DNA of 64,000 bases. It comes from an uncultured Pseudomonadota bacterium (GTDB taxonomy: Bacteria; Pseudomonadota; Alphaproteobacteria; JACZXZ01). Position 1 is the stretch's first letter; each line of letters starts with the position of its first letter. A program made the translations under genes and the position numbers. The notes beneath the pieces are model-generated. The model did no database searches, was not told where the DNA came from, and worked only from the letters and a program-made list of their open reading frames with translations. Shown in pieces: positions 10,178 through 20,219 of this stretch. The stretch covers positions 384,001 to 448,000 of the forward strand of contig CAVVLJ010000016.1 in NCBI GenBank assembly GCA_963749075.1, given 5' to 3'.

Positions 10178-11326
10178 GTGGCACTCAAGGATCTCATCGT
10201 CGAGGCGCTTCGGACCAAGGGAACGAGCGTGCTCTCGCGCAGGGCCCGTGCGGCGCATGCGGCGGCACTTGCGCTCGGCATCGCTGCGATGGTCTGCGGC
10301 ACCATGCCCGAGGCGGAGGCCCAAGCGGGCTGGGCGATCGCGGCGGCGACCTGGCTCGTGCTCGGGCTCTTCGCCGTCGAGTACGGCTTGCGCCTCATCT
10401 ACGCGCCGGCGCTGAGCGCTGCGTCCGACGTGCTCTCCGCGCGCGAGATGAGGCGGCGTTGGGCCGCCTCCTATGCCGGCGTCGTCGATCTCCTCGCCTG
10501 GCTGCCGATCCTCGTGGCCCTGCTCGCCATGCGCGACCAGGCGACGGCGCGGCTCTTCGGCGTGCTGTGGCTGCTCAAGTTCGGCCGCCACGTGCCGCGG
10601 TTAGGCGTACTCGGCCGCGTGCTGCGCCACGCGCGCGAGCCGGTGCTCGCCGTCTTCGCCGCCTTCATCGGCGTCCTCCTGGTCGCGGCCACGCTCGCCT
10701 ATCTCCTCGAAGGGGCGGCGCAGCCCGATACCTTCGGCAGCATCCCGCGGGCACTTTGGTGGGCGATCACCACGCTGACCACGACCGGCTATGGCGACGC
10801 CGTTCCGGTGACCCCGCTCGGCCGCGTGCTGGCCGGCGCGGTGATGGTGTGCGGCATCCTGGTCTTCGCCCTCTGGGCCGGCATCCTCGCGACCGAGTTC
10901 GCGGAGGAGATGCGCCGGCACGACTTCCTCAAGACCTGGGACCTGGTCGCCAAGGTGCCGTACTTCGAGAAGCTCGGGCCCGACACCATCGCCGAGGTCG
11001 TGCGCCTCCTGAAGCCGAGAGTGCTGGCGCCGGGTGCCGTGGTGATGCGGCGGGGAGCGCCCGGAGACTGCATGTATTTCATCGTGGACGGCGAAGTCGA
11101 GATCCAGATCAAGCCCAAGCCCATCGTGCTCGAGTCCGGCAGCTTCTTCGGCGAGATCGCCCTCATCACCGGCGGCCCGCGCACGGCGACCGCGGTGGCG
11201 CTGGGCGAGACGGTGCTGCTCTCCCTCGATATCGCCCACTTCCGCCAGCTTGCCGCGACGCGGCCCGAGCTCATGGCCGCGATCGACGTGGAGGCGAAGC
11301 GCCGGGTGGCCGAGGGTCCGGGCTAG
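10178..11326 (+). CDS. Cyclic nucleotide-gated potassium channel (MloK1-like)
   Basis: TM segments, TTTGYGD selectivity filter, and a C-terminal CNBD with canonical FFGEIAL...PRTAT. Confidence 0.9.
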   Translation: MALKDLIVEALRTKGTSVLSRRARAAHAAALALGIAAMVCGTMPEAEAQAGWAIAAATWLVLGLFAVEYGLRLIYAPALSAASDVLSAREMRRRWAASYAGVVDLLAWLPILVALLAMRDQATARLFGVLWLLKFGRHVPRLGVLGRVLRHAREPVLAVFAAFIGVLLVAATLAYLLEGAAQPDTFGSIPRALWWAITTLTTTGYGDAVPVTPLGRVLAGAVMVCGILVFALWAGILATEFAEEMRRHDFLKTWDLVAKVPYFEKLGPDTIAEVVRLLKPRVLAPGAVVMRRGAPGDCMYFIVDGEVEIQIKPKPIVLESGSFFGEIALITGGPRTATAVALGETVLLSLDIAHFRQLAATRPELMAAIDVEAKRRVAEGPG

Positions 11327-11345
11327 GGCGCCCGCGCCGGCCCGC

Positions 11346-12218
11346 TCACGCCGCGGGACGGAGCTCGGCGAGCCCGTCCGCGTCGGTGGCGGAGATCGTC
11401 GTGCGCACCATGGAGCGCGCGGCACCCTCCGGCCACGGGCGCCCGCGGTGCATGGTGGCGCGGTTGTCCCACATCGCCACGTCCCCCGGCCGCCAGCGGT
11501 GGAGATAGGTGAGCTCCGGCCGCGTCGCCTCCTCGATCAGCCTGGCGAGGAGCGCCTTGCCCTCGTTGTCGCCCATGCCCTCGACCGCGAAGGCGTGGGA
11601 GGCGATGTAGAGGGCGCGGCGGCCATTGACCGGGTTGCGCCAGGTCATGTGCCAGCGCACCGGCGGAAGTGCTGCGCGCTCGGCGGGCGTCATGAGCTCT
11701 GGGTCGATCTGGTCGCGCGAGCTCGCGTAGCTGTGGCGCACCACCATATCGCGCAGCCTCGCCTGCATGGCGCCCGGCAGGCGCTCCCAGGCGAGCCGCG
11801 TCGAGGTGAACTGCGTCTCGCCGCCGCTCTCGGGCAAGAGGCGCGCCGAGAGCACCGATGCCAAAGCGGGAGTGCGCTTGAACGAGCTGTCGGTGTGCCA
11901 GAGCCGGTTGGCGCGCGAGTTGAGGGCCTGGCGGTGGCCCGGCGGAACGGCGGCGCCCTCGGGTCCGATGTTGGTGACGCGGGCATAGAGCGTGCCCGCC
12001 CCGGCCGTGCCGAGCTTGGTGATCTCGAGCGGACCGAAGGCCCGGGAATAGGCGACCTGCAAATCGTCGCCGACGCTGTGGTCGCGAAAGAGGAGGAGCG
12101 AGTGCTCCTCGAGCGCAGCGCGCACCGCCCGATAGGCCTCGGCGCTGCTCGCCACGTCGATGAGGCTTGTGCCGCGAACCTCGACGCCGAAGCCGGGGCC
12201 GAGCGGTATGAGTTCCAT
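11346..12218 (-). CDS. TauD/TfdA family alpha-ketoglutarate-dependent dioxygenase
   Basis: WHTDSSF (HxD), GGETQF and WDNRATMHR motifs. Confidence 0.9.
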   Translation of the reverse strand: MELIPLGPGFGVEVRGTSLIDVASSAEAYRAVRAALEEHSLLLFRDHSVGDDLQVAYSRAFGPLEITKLGTAGAGTLYARVTNIGPEGAAVPPGHRQALNSRANRLWHTDSSFKRTPALASVLSARLLPESGGETQFTSTRLAWERLPGAMQARLRDMVVRHSYASSRDQIDPELMTPAERAALPPVRWHMTWRNPVNGRRALYIASHAFAVEGMGDNEGKALLARLIEEATRPELTYLHRWRPGDVAMWDNRATMHRGRPWPEGAARSMVRTTISATDADGLAELRPAA

Positions 12219-12274
12219 GGCGCTTCCCCTTCCCGAGCCGGCGCCGGCTCTCGGCCGGTTCGGCGGGAGCAAGC

Positions 12275-12922
12275 CTAGCAGATTGGCGGGTCTCGGGCGA
12301 AGCCCGGATAGGCGCCGAACGCCCACCCGTCCTTGAGCAGCTCGAGGCAAGCGTCGACTGCCGCAGCGTCGTATCTTATCCCTTTGTTCGAGGCGATCTC
12401 GTCGATGCAGGCATCCTTGCCCAAGGCCGGGCGATACGGACGGTGGTGCGCCATCGAATCGACCACATCGGCGACCGCCAAAATCCGCGCCTCGAGCAAG
12501 ATCTCCTCTCCGCTCATCCCGCGAGGGTATCCGCTGCCGTCGAGGCGTTCATGGTGCTGCAGGACGATATCGCCCAATGGCCACGTCGTCTCCAGCGGCC
12601 GCAGGATGTCGCAGCCGACTTGCGAATGGGATTTGATCATCATCCATTCGGCCTCGTCGAGCCTGCCGGGCTTGATCAAAATCTCGGTCGGAATGCGGAT
12701 TTTGCCGATATCGTGCACCAGCCCGGCGAGGTACAGCGCGTCCAGCCTCTCCGGCGAGAGCCCGAGCCCGACGCCGATCGCCTTCGCCAAATCCGCGACT
12801 TTGGAGCTGTGCTGGCCGGTGTAGGGGTCCCTCGACTCCAACGCCAACTGCAGAGCCTTCACGGCTTGCGCATGTGCGACCATCACGCGAGAATGATACC
12901 ACAGCAAGGACTCTGCCGTCAT
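12275..12922 (-). CDS. Stand-alone HD-GYP domain protein (putative cyclic di-GMP phosphodiesterase)
   Basis: RDPYTGQHS, HDIGK, HHERLDGSGYP, ADVVDSM and RPYR motifs. Confidence 0.88.
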   Translation of the reverse strand: MTAESLLWYHSRVMVAHAQAVKALQLALESRDPYTGQHSSKVADLAKAIGVGLGLSPERLDALYLAGLVHDIGKIRIPTEILIKPGRLDEAEWMMIKSHSQVGCDILRPLETTWPLGDIVLQHHERLDGSGYPRGMSGEEILLEARILAVADVVDSMAHHRPYRPALGKDACIDEIASNKGIRYDAAAVDACLELLKDGWAFGAYPGFARDPPIC

Positions 12923-12941
12923 TCACTCGATCGCCGTGGCC

Positions 12942-14480
12942 TCACGTCGTGGAGCTTTGCCGGTAGTAGGGGCGGTGGGCGGAGCCGTCGTAATAGCCGT
13001 CGTAGAAGGCCTTGACGTGGGGGAGGACGGCCTTGGCGATGCTTCGGCGCTCGAGCTCCTCGGCGCCGAGCGGGCGCTTGAGGAGAGCGGCGAGCTCGGC
13101 GAGCGCCGAGTCGCGGTCGACCCGCGTGAAGCGCCCGTCCCGGTAGATGATCTCGCCCGCCGCGATCACCGTGCTCACGCCCGCAACCTTGGCGCGCTGG
13201 ATCACCGCGTCGAGCGCGGGCGTCTCGGCATCGAGATAGGGCTGGCTGATCTGCCGCCAGTCGATCAGCACCATGTCCGCCGCCTTGCCCGGCTCGAGCG
13301 TGCCGAGCCGCGCGCCATAGGGCGTGGTGCGGGCGCCGCCCACGGTCGCCATGCGCAGCAACTGCGCCATCGTCGGCACAGCATCGTCCATGCCGGGCTC
13401 GCGGTGGGCGCGCAACACCATGCGCATCTCCTGCAGCATGTCGCGGTCGTCGTTGATGCCCGCCTCGTCGAGGCCGATCGCCACGTTGATGCCCATGGCC
13501 TCGAAGCGGTTGAGGGGGGCCACCCCGCTGCGCAGTCGGAAGTTGGAGCTGCAGTTGTGGCAGATGCTGGTGCCCGTCTCCGCCAGCCGCTCGAGATCGC
13601 GTTCCGAGAGCCAGACGCCGTGGCCGAGCGTCATGCGCGGGCCGAGCAGCCCGAAGCGGCCGATGTGATCGACCGCGCTGCCGCCGCCGCGCCGGCGCGC
13701 ATATTCCTTCTGATAAGCGGTCTCGACGAGGTGCATGTGGAGAGGTGCTCCGTACTTCTCCGAGCAGTCGGCGAGCAGGGCGAGTGCCGCGTCCGAGCAC
13801 CAGTGAAGATTTGCAGGCGCCAGCTGGATCTTGACGCGCTCCTTCTCCTGGTGCCTGGCGTGGAGATGGGCGAAGAGCTCGAGCGCCTCCTCGGCCGTGA
13901 GCGGGAACCGCGCGAAGTGCCGCGCAAGCGGTGCCCGCAGCTCCGCCGGCAGGCGCTCGAGGAAGCGCTCGTTCGCCTCGTAGACGAGGAGGTTCTGGTC
14001 GCGCAGTGCGAAGCAGTAGGAGACCCGCATGCCGACCGCCTCGTAGGCGCGGATCACCGCGTGCGCGCGCGCCTCCACCTCGGCGAGCCCGCCTGGCGCC
14101 CAGCCGTGGATGTGCTGCACCGTGGTGATGCCGGAGGCGATCATCTCGAAGGCGGAATAGAGCGTATCGAGATAGGGGTCGATATTGCGCGCCACGAGCC
14201 GGGTGGCGAACCACAGCTCGAGCGGCATGTCGGGCGAGCCGAGCTGGACGGGGGTGAGCCCGATGTGGTGGTGAGCGTTCACGAAGCCGGGCAGCACGAC
14301 CTCTTCGCCGTTGCCGATGACCGCCACATCGGGATGAGCCCGGCTGAGCTCCGCGAAGGAGCCGATTGCGGTGACGATGCCGTCCTCTTGCAGCACGGCG
14401 CCGTCGTCGAGCTGCTCCCAGCTCAGGCGGTCGAGCGCGCGCGTGATGACGTGCTTGCCGCGGATGATCGAGTTCGACAC
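12942..14480 (-). CDS. Amidohydrolase family protein (AtzA/SsnA/deaminase-like)
   Basis: PGFVNAHHH, HMHLVE, GHGVW, IGLD and GTLEPGKAAD motifs. Confidence 0.85.
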   Translation of the reverse strand: MSNSIIRGKHVITRALDRLSWEQLDDGAVLQEDGIVTAIGSFAELSRAHPDVAVIGNGEEVVLPGFVNAHHHIGLTPVQLGSPDMPLELWFATRLVARNIDPYLDTLYSAFEMIASGITTVQHIHGWAPGGLAEVEARAHAVIRAYEAVGMRVSYCFALRDQNLLVYEANERFLERLPAELRAPLARHFARFPLTAEEALELFAHLHARHQEKERVKIQLAPANLHWCSDAALALLADCSEKYGAPLHMHLVETAYQKEYARRRGGGSAVDHIGRFGLLGPRMTLGHGVWLSERDLERLAETGTSICHNCSSNFRLRSGVAPLNRFEAMGINVAIGLDEAGINDDRDMLQEMRMVLRAHREPGMDDAVPTMAQLLRMATVGGARTTPYGARLGTLEPGKAADMVLIDWRQISQPYLDAETPALDAVIQRAKVAGVSTVIAAGEIIYRDGRFTRVDRDSALAELAALLKRPLGAEELERRSIAKAVLPHVKAFYDGYYDGSAHRPYYRQSSTT

Positions 14481-14516
14481 GGTCCCTCCCCGTTTGGCGG
14501 CCGGCGCCGGCTCGCC

Positions 14517-15272
14517 TCACGCCGATTTGGCCATCTCCGGCTCTTCCAGCTCGAGGCTGAGCGCCCTGAGCGCCGCGGTATGGGGATGCCGGGTGCGGCC
14601 GGCGCGCAGGTCGTCTGCCGAGAGAAGCTCGACCAGCTCGCCCTCCTGCATCACGCCGATCACGGTGCAAAGGTGCGCCACGACCGCGAGATTGTGGCTC
14701 ACCATGATATAGGTGAGGCCGTGCGCCTGCTGCAGATCGGCGAGCAGGTTCAAGACCTCGGCCTGAACCGAGACGTCGAGGGAGCTCGTGGGCTCGTCGA
14801 GCAGCAGCACCTCCGGCTCGGCCATCAGCGCGCGCGCGATGGCGACGCGCTGGCGCTGCCCGCCCGAGAGCTCATGCGGATAGCGGAAGCGCATGGCGGG
14901 AGAGAGCGCCACCTCGGCCAGCGCGCGGCGGATGCGCGCGTCCAGCTCGCCGATGCCGTGCACGAGCAAGGGCTCGGAGAGGATGCGGTCGACGGTCTGG
15001 CGCGGATGCAGCGAGCCGTAGGGGTCCTGGAACACCATCTGCACGCGGCGGTAGAAGTCCCTGCCGCGCACGGGCCCCTGCTCCTTCCCTGCTATGAGGA
15101 TGCCGCCGCTCCACTCGGGGTTGAGGCCGGAAAGCGCCCGCAGCACGGTCGACTTGCCCGAGCCGCTCTCGCCGACGATGCCGAAGCTCGAGCCGCGCTC
15201 GACCCGGAAGCTGATGCCCCTCACCGCAGCTACACTGCCGAAGCGGACGGAGAGGTCGTTCACCTCGATCAT
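14517..15272 (-). CDS. Peptide/nickel-type ABC ATPase (DppF-like)
   Basis: GESGSGKS, LSGGQRQR and LLLDEPT motifs; ATGA overlap with the upstream gene. Confidence 0.9.
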   Translation of the reverse strand: MIEVNDLSVRFGSVAAVRGISFRVERGSSFGIVGESGSGKSTVLRALSGLNPEWSGGILIAGKEQGPVRGRDFYRRVQMVFQDPYGSLHPRQTVDRILSEPLLVHGIGELDARIRRALAEVALSPAMRFRYPHELSGGQRQRVAIARALMAEPEVLLLDEPTSSLDVSVQAEVLNLLADLQQAHGLTYIMVSHNLAVVAHLCTVIGVMQEGELVELLSADDLRAGRTRHPHTAALRALSLELEEPEMAKSA

Positions 15273-16099
15273 GGCGCGAGCCATGACGGGTCGCGCTCCA
15301 TGACCGCGAGGCGCGAGCGGGGACGCACCAGGCTCGGCAGGCACGCGAGGAGGCCGCGCGTATAGGGGTGCCGCGCGCGCGCGAGCTCCGCCGCGGCGCT
15401 CTCCTCGACCACGCGGCCCGCATACATCACCAGCACGCGGTCGCAGAAATGCGAGACGAGCGGCAGGTCGTGGCTGATCAGGATGAGCCCCATGCCGCGG
15501 CGCGACACCAGCTCCTCGATGAGCCGGAGAATCTCCGCCTGCACGGTGGCATCGAGGGCACTCGTCGGCTCGTCCGCGATGAGGAGCTCGGGATCGGGCG
15601 CCAGCATCATCGCGATCATCACGCGCTGGCCCATGCCGCCCGAGAGCTCGTGCGGGTAGAGGCTTGCTACGCGCCGCGCATCGCGGATCTGCACCTGGGC
15701 CAGGAGCTCGACGGCGGCCTCGCGCGCCGCCTTGCGGGTGCCGCCGCGATGGGCGCGCCAGGCCTCGGCGATCTGGGCGCCCGCCGTCATCACGGGATTG
15801 AGCGAGAATTTCGGGTCCTGCAGGATGAGGCCGGCGCGCTTTCCCCGGATGCGCCGCAGTGCCGTCTCGTCGGCGCGCAGGACATCGATGCCGTCGAACT
15901 CGAGGGTGTTGGCCGAAAGACGCGCCTGGCGCGGCAGCAGCTTGAGGAGGGAGCGCGCGGTGAGCGATTTGCCGGAGCCGGATTCGCCGACGATGCCGAG
16001 CTTCTCCTTGGCAAGCGTGAAGGAGACGCCGCGCACCGCCTCGGCAATGCCGAGGGGCGAGGGAAAGGCAATGCGCAGGTTGCGGACGATCACTTGCAC
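15269..16099 (-). CDS. Peptide/nickel-type ABC ATPase (DppD-like)
   Basis: GESGSGKS, LSGGMGQR, IADEPT and HPYTRGL motifs; GTG start. Confidence 0.9.
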   Translation of the reverse strand: MQVIVRNLRIAFPSPLGIAEAVRGVSFTLAKEKLGIVGESGSGKSLTARSLLKLLPRQARLSANTLEFDGIDVLRADETALRRIRGKRAGLILQDPKFSLNPVMTAGAQIAEAWRAHRGGTRKAAREAAVELLAQVQIRDARRVASLYPHELSGGMGQRVMIAMMLAPDPELLIADEPTSALDATVQAEILRLIEELVSRRGMGLILISHDLPLVSHFCDRVLVMYAGRVVEESAAAELARARHPYTRGLLACLPSLVRPRSRLAVMERDPSWLAP

Positions 16100-16104
16100 C
16101 GCAC

Positions 16105-17013
16105 CTAGCCCTGCTTCGGATCGAGCACGTCGCGCAAGCCGTCGCCCAGGAGATTGAAGGCGAGCGAGGCCACGAAGATGGCGACGCCGGGGATGGTCGG
16201 CACCCACCAGGCGTCGAGGATCTGCCCGCGCGTGGCCGCCACCATGGTGCCCCATTCCGGCAGCGGCGGCTGCGCGCCCATGCCGAGGAAGCCGAGCCCG
16301 GCCGCGGTCAGGATGATGCCGCTCATGTCGAGCGTCACGCGCACGACGAGGGAGGAGACGCAGAGCGGGGCTATGTGCCGCAGCACGATGCGCGCGGCCG
16401 AGGCGCCGGTGAGCCTGACCGCGGCGATGAAGTCGGCGTTGCGCACGGTGAGCGTCTCGGCGCGCGCGAGCCGCGCATAGGGCGGCCAGGCGGTGAGTGC
16501 GATGGCGATCACCGCACTCGTGATCCCCGGCTTCAGCGCCGCCACGAAGGCGAGCGCCAGGATGAGCCGCGGGAAGGCGAGAAAGATGTCGGTCAAGCGC
16601 ATGAGGACGCGGTCAGCCGTGCCGCCCGCATAACCCGCGATCGTGCCTACCGCGAGGCCGACGGGCGCCACCAGCACCATGATCGCCACCACCATGCCGA
16701 GCGTGATGCGTCCGCCGTAGAGGAGGCGCGAATAGAGATCGCGCCCGACCTCGTCGGTGCCGAGCCAGTGGGCGGCCGAGGGTGCGGCAAAGCGGGCAGC
16801 CAGATCCTGCGCCGTCGGATTCTGCGTCGCGAGCAGCGGTGCGGCGAGCGAGGCTGCGATCAGCAGCAGCGCCGCAACGAGCCCGGCCATCGCCAGATGG
16901 TTGCCGCGAAACTGCAGCCAGCCGCGATAGACGCGGCCGAGCCCGGCCTGGCGGCGCGATTCCGGCGCGTCGCTCAGCAGCCAGGCACGGGTGGCGTTCA
17001 TCGGGCGGCTCAT
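16105..17013 (-). CDS. Peptide-type ABC permease (DppC-like)
   Basis: HWLGTDEVGRD and LGFLGMGAQPPLPEWG motifs. Confidence 0.9.
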   Translation of the reverse strand: MSRPMNATRAWLLSDAPESRRQAGLGRVYRGWLQFRGNHLAMAGLVAALLLIAASLAAPLLATQNPTAQDLAARFAAPSAAHWLGTDEVGRDLYSRLLYGGRITLGMVVAIMVLVAPVGLAVGTIAGYAGGTADRVLMRLTDIFLAFPRLILALAFVAALKPGITSAVIAIALTAWPPYARLARAETLTVRNADFIAAVRLTGASAARIVLRHIAPLCVSSLVVRVTLDMSGIILTAAGLGFLGMGAQPPLPEWGTMVAATRGQILDAWWVPTIPGVAIFVASLAFNLLGDGLRDVLDPKQG

Positions 17014-18050
17014 CGCACGCGCGGATCAAGCAAGCGATATGCCAGGTTGGCCGTGAGATTGAGCCCGACATAGACCGTACCCACCACGAGCGTGGCACCC
17101 AGGACCGCGTTCATGTCCGCGTTCAGGAGCGAGCCCGTGAGGTAGAGGCCGATGCCCGGCCAGCTGAAGACCGTCTCGGTCAGGACCGCCCCCTCGAGGA
17201 GGCCGGCATAGGCGAGTGCGATGACGGTGACGAGCGGCACCATGATGTTGCCGAAGGCATGGCGCCAGAGGATGCGGGTACCCGACAGCCCCTTGGCACG
17301 CGCCGCGATGATGTATTCGCCGGCGAGCGCGTCGAGCATGAAGGCGCGCGTCATGCGCGTGATGAGCGAGAGGCTGAAATAGGCCAGCACCAGGGCCGGC
17401 ATGGCGAGGTGCGCAAGCGCGTCCCAGAAGGCGTCCCATTGGCCCTCGAGCGCCGCGTCGAGGACCCGCATGCCGGTCAGCTGCTTGACCGTGCCTTCAT
17501 AGAGCACGTCCTGCTGCCCGGTGCCGGGGGCGATGCCCAGCTTGACGTAGAAGACGAGGAGGCAGAGCAGGCCGAGCACGAAGATCGGCACCGACTGGCC
17601 GGCGAGGCTGAAGACCCTGACCGCGTGATCGAAGCGCGAGCCCTGGCGCGCCGCGGCGAGCACGCCGAGCGGCACGCCGAGGGCGATCGCGATGACGATC
17701 GCGGTCGTCGCCAGCTCGATGGTCGCCGGGAAGAATTGCAGGATGTCCTCGGTGACGGGATGGGTCGTCATCACCGACTGCCCGAGGTCGCCTTCGGCCA
17801 GATGGCGGAGATAGATCCAGAATTGGACCGGGAGCGGTTCATCCAGCCCGAGCTCGACGCGCACGCGCGCCACCACGTCCGCAGGCGCGTGGTCGCCGAC
17901 GATGGCGATCACCGGATCGATCGGCATGGCGCGGCCGATGAGGAAGGTGACCAGGATGAGCCCGAAGAGCGTGACCGCCACGCTCGCCAGCCCAGAGAGC
18001 GTGGCGCGGAAGCGGGCCGGCGAGCGGCCCGCGTCGGCACTTCTGCTCAC
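17010..18050 (-). CDS. Peptide-type ABC permease (DppB-like)
   Basis: LGLDEPL, GDLGQS, PATIEL, ARAKGL and ETVFSWPGIG motifs; GTGA overlap with the SBP stop. Confidence 0.9.
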   Translation of the reverse strand: MSRSADAGRSPARFRATLSGLASVAVTLFGLILVTFLIGRAMPIDPVIAIVGDHAPADVVARVRVELGLDEPLPVQFWIYLRHLAEGDLGQSVMTTHPVTEDILQFFPATIELATTAIVIAIALGVPLGVLAAARQGSRFDHAVRVFSLAGQSVPIFVLGLLCLLVFYVKLGIAPGTGQQDVLYEGTVKQLTGMRVLDAALEGQWDAFWDALAHLAMPALVLAYFSLSLITRMTRAFMLDALAGEYIIAARAKGLSGTRILWRHAFGNIMVPLVTVIALAYAGLLEGAVLTETVFSWPGIGLYLTGSLLNADMNAVLGATLVVGTVYVGLNLTANLAYRLLDPRVR

Positions 18051-19658
18051 GCCTTGGTAATCGGCGCGTAGCGGGTATAGTCGGGCAGAACGCCCACGGC
18101 CAATCCGCTGACGCCCTTGCGCAGCACGTCGATCTCGGCGTTCTGCAGCATGAAGATGAACGGCGCCCGCTCCATGAAGGCGCGCTGCATCTTGGCGTAC
18201 ATCTCCAAGCGCTTCTTGGTGTCGAGCTCCTTGACCGCGGCGTCGACGTCGGCCGAGAGCTCCTTGTCGAAGAAGTGGTAGCGCCAGGCGACGCTCTTGC
18301 TCTTGGCGTTGTCGGAATCGTCGAGGTTCTCGCAGAAGGCCTGGGCGTTCGAATGCGCATCGAGGAAGTCTGGGAACCAGGTGGTGAGCGCCAGCTGCGT
18401 CGTGCGGGCGCGCGTCTTGCTGATCACCTGCTTCTGCTCGCCGGCGAGGAGCTGCACCTTGACGCCGATCGCCGCGAGGTCCGCCTGCACGGCCTGCGCG
18501 ATCTCCGCATAGGGCGGCTTGGAGAAGTGATCGAACGTCAAGGAGAAGCCGTCGGGATAGCCCGCCTCGGCGAGGAGCGCCTTGGCCTTGGCCACGTCCT
18601 TCTTGAACGGCATGTCGGAGATCGCCCCCGGAACGCCCTTGGGCAGGAAGGCCTGCCAGACGACCCACAGCCTGGGCGTGATGTTCTTGGCGATCGCCTG
18701 GTAGTCGATGGCATATTTGATGGCTTGGCGCGCCTGCACCTTCTGGAGCTGCGGCACGCCCATGTTCATGCCGATGTACATCGATGTGAGCTGCGGCATC
18801 TCGACGAGCGTGAACTCCGGCTTGCCGGCGACGATCTTGAGCTGGTCGGAGCCGAGGTCGCGCGCGATGTCCACGTCGCCCTTCTGCACCAGGAGAAGCT
18901 GCGCGGAGGGGTCGGCCACGTGGCGCAGGATGGCGCGAGGAACGCGCGGCTTCACGGCCGCGCGCGGGTTGGCCTCGAGGATGATGTGGTCGCTCGCCTG
19001 CCACTCCACCAGGCGGTAGGAGCCGGCGCCGGCGCTGTGCGTCTTGAGCCAGGCGTTGCCGAGGTCGCCGTTGGTCTGGTTGGCGAGCGCCCGCGCCTTC
19101 TCGACGACGCCGCCGATGGTGGCCGAGAGGCAGTAGAGCACGAAGCTCGTCGCCTGCACCACCGGGGTCTTCATCTCGAGCGTGTACTCGCCCGTGGCGC
19201 GTACCAGCTTCTCCACGTTGTCGGCGGTGAAGCCGAACTGGGTGAGGATGAAGCCGGGGGTCTTGTTGAGCTTGACCGCGCGCTGCTGGCTGAAGGCCAC
19301 GTCCTCGGCGGTGAGCGGCTTGCCGCTTTCGAAGAGGACGCCCTTCCTGATCTGGAAGGTGAAGGTCGAGCCGTCCTTGGAGACCTCCCACTTCTCGGCG
19401 AGGTCGCCCACCAGGTGGGGCGCGCCGGAGGGATCGGGGATCACCAGCTTGCGGTAGAGGTTGCCGCAGACCTCGTTGTTGGTGAACTCGTAGGACTCGG
19501 CCGGGTCGAAGGCGCCGATGATGTCGTCGATCTGCTTGGCCATGGCCACCAGAATTCTTGGGCGTCGCGGCCGAGCTTCGCGTGATCACTGCGGGCGCCG
19601 CCAGCGGAAGGGCCGCCGCGGCGGCGGCGGAAGCCAAGAGCGTGCGTCGTGTCAGCAT
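18047..19658 (-). CDS. Peptide-type ABC substrate-binding protein (family 5) with a Tat signal; apparent frameshift near 19553
   Basis: The Tat signal MLTRRTLL...AATPKN is in one frame. The SBP_bac_5 body (GDLAEKWEVSKDG, AGSYRLVEW) is in another. Confidence 0.85.
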
Positions 19659-19817
19659 GACAGGCCCCCTGCGTGTTGTTTTGTGCGAGCTCGCGGATGC
19701 CCGGCGGCGCCCGGCATCGGCATGGCCCCAGCGGCTGCACTCCTCGGCTGTATTATAGCGAAGGTTGTGCGCAGCACAAACGGTGCCGCGGCGGGCTCGG
19801 CGGCCCCAGCGCCCCGC

Positions 19818-20219
19818 TCAGACGGGCGTGAAGGTCGGCACCGGCGGTCCGCCCTCGGTCGGCGTGAAGACCAGCCTCACCTCCTGGCCGATGCGGAGTG
19901 CCGCGAAGTCGCACTCGACCAGGTTGGTCATCATCGTCGGCCCCTCGGCGAGCGTCACATAAGCGATGGCGTAAGGCACGGGCGCGCGGCGCATCACGCT
20001 GAAGGTGTAGATCGTCCCCTTGCCCGAGGCTTCCGCCCATTCGGTGCGGTCGCTGAAGCAGAAGGGGCAGATGGCGCGCGGGTACCAATGGGCCTTGCCG
20101 CAGGCGGCGCAGCGCCGGATGAGGAATTTCCCCCGGGTGGCGGCATCCCAGAACGCCTGGGTCTCGGGATTAGGGATGGCTGCCGGGAACTTCCGCGGCG
20201 GTACTTTGGCCATGGTCAC
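19818..20219 (-). CDS. DUF35 Zn-ribbon/OB-fold protein (ChsH2-like thiolase partner)
   Basis: CAACG..YPRAICPFC, GTIYTFS and AYVTLAEGP motifs; overlaps the thiolase stop. Confidence 0.9.
   Translation of the reverse strand: MTMAKVPPRKFPAAIPNPETQAFWDAATRGKFLIRRCAACGKAHWYPRAICPFCFSDRTEWAEASGKGTIYTFSVMRRAPVPYAIAYVTLAEGPTMMTNLVECDFAALRIGQEVRLVFTPTEGGPPVPTFTPV

Noticed and set aside
17010-19658. 882-aa apparent Tat signal-permease fusion
   Set aside because: It is an artefact of the frameshift at ~19553, which runs the SBP signal through an off-frame stretch into the DppB frame.
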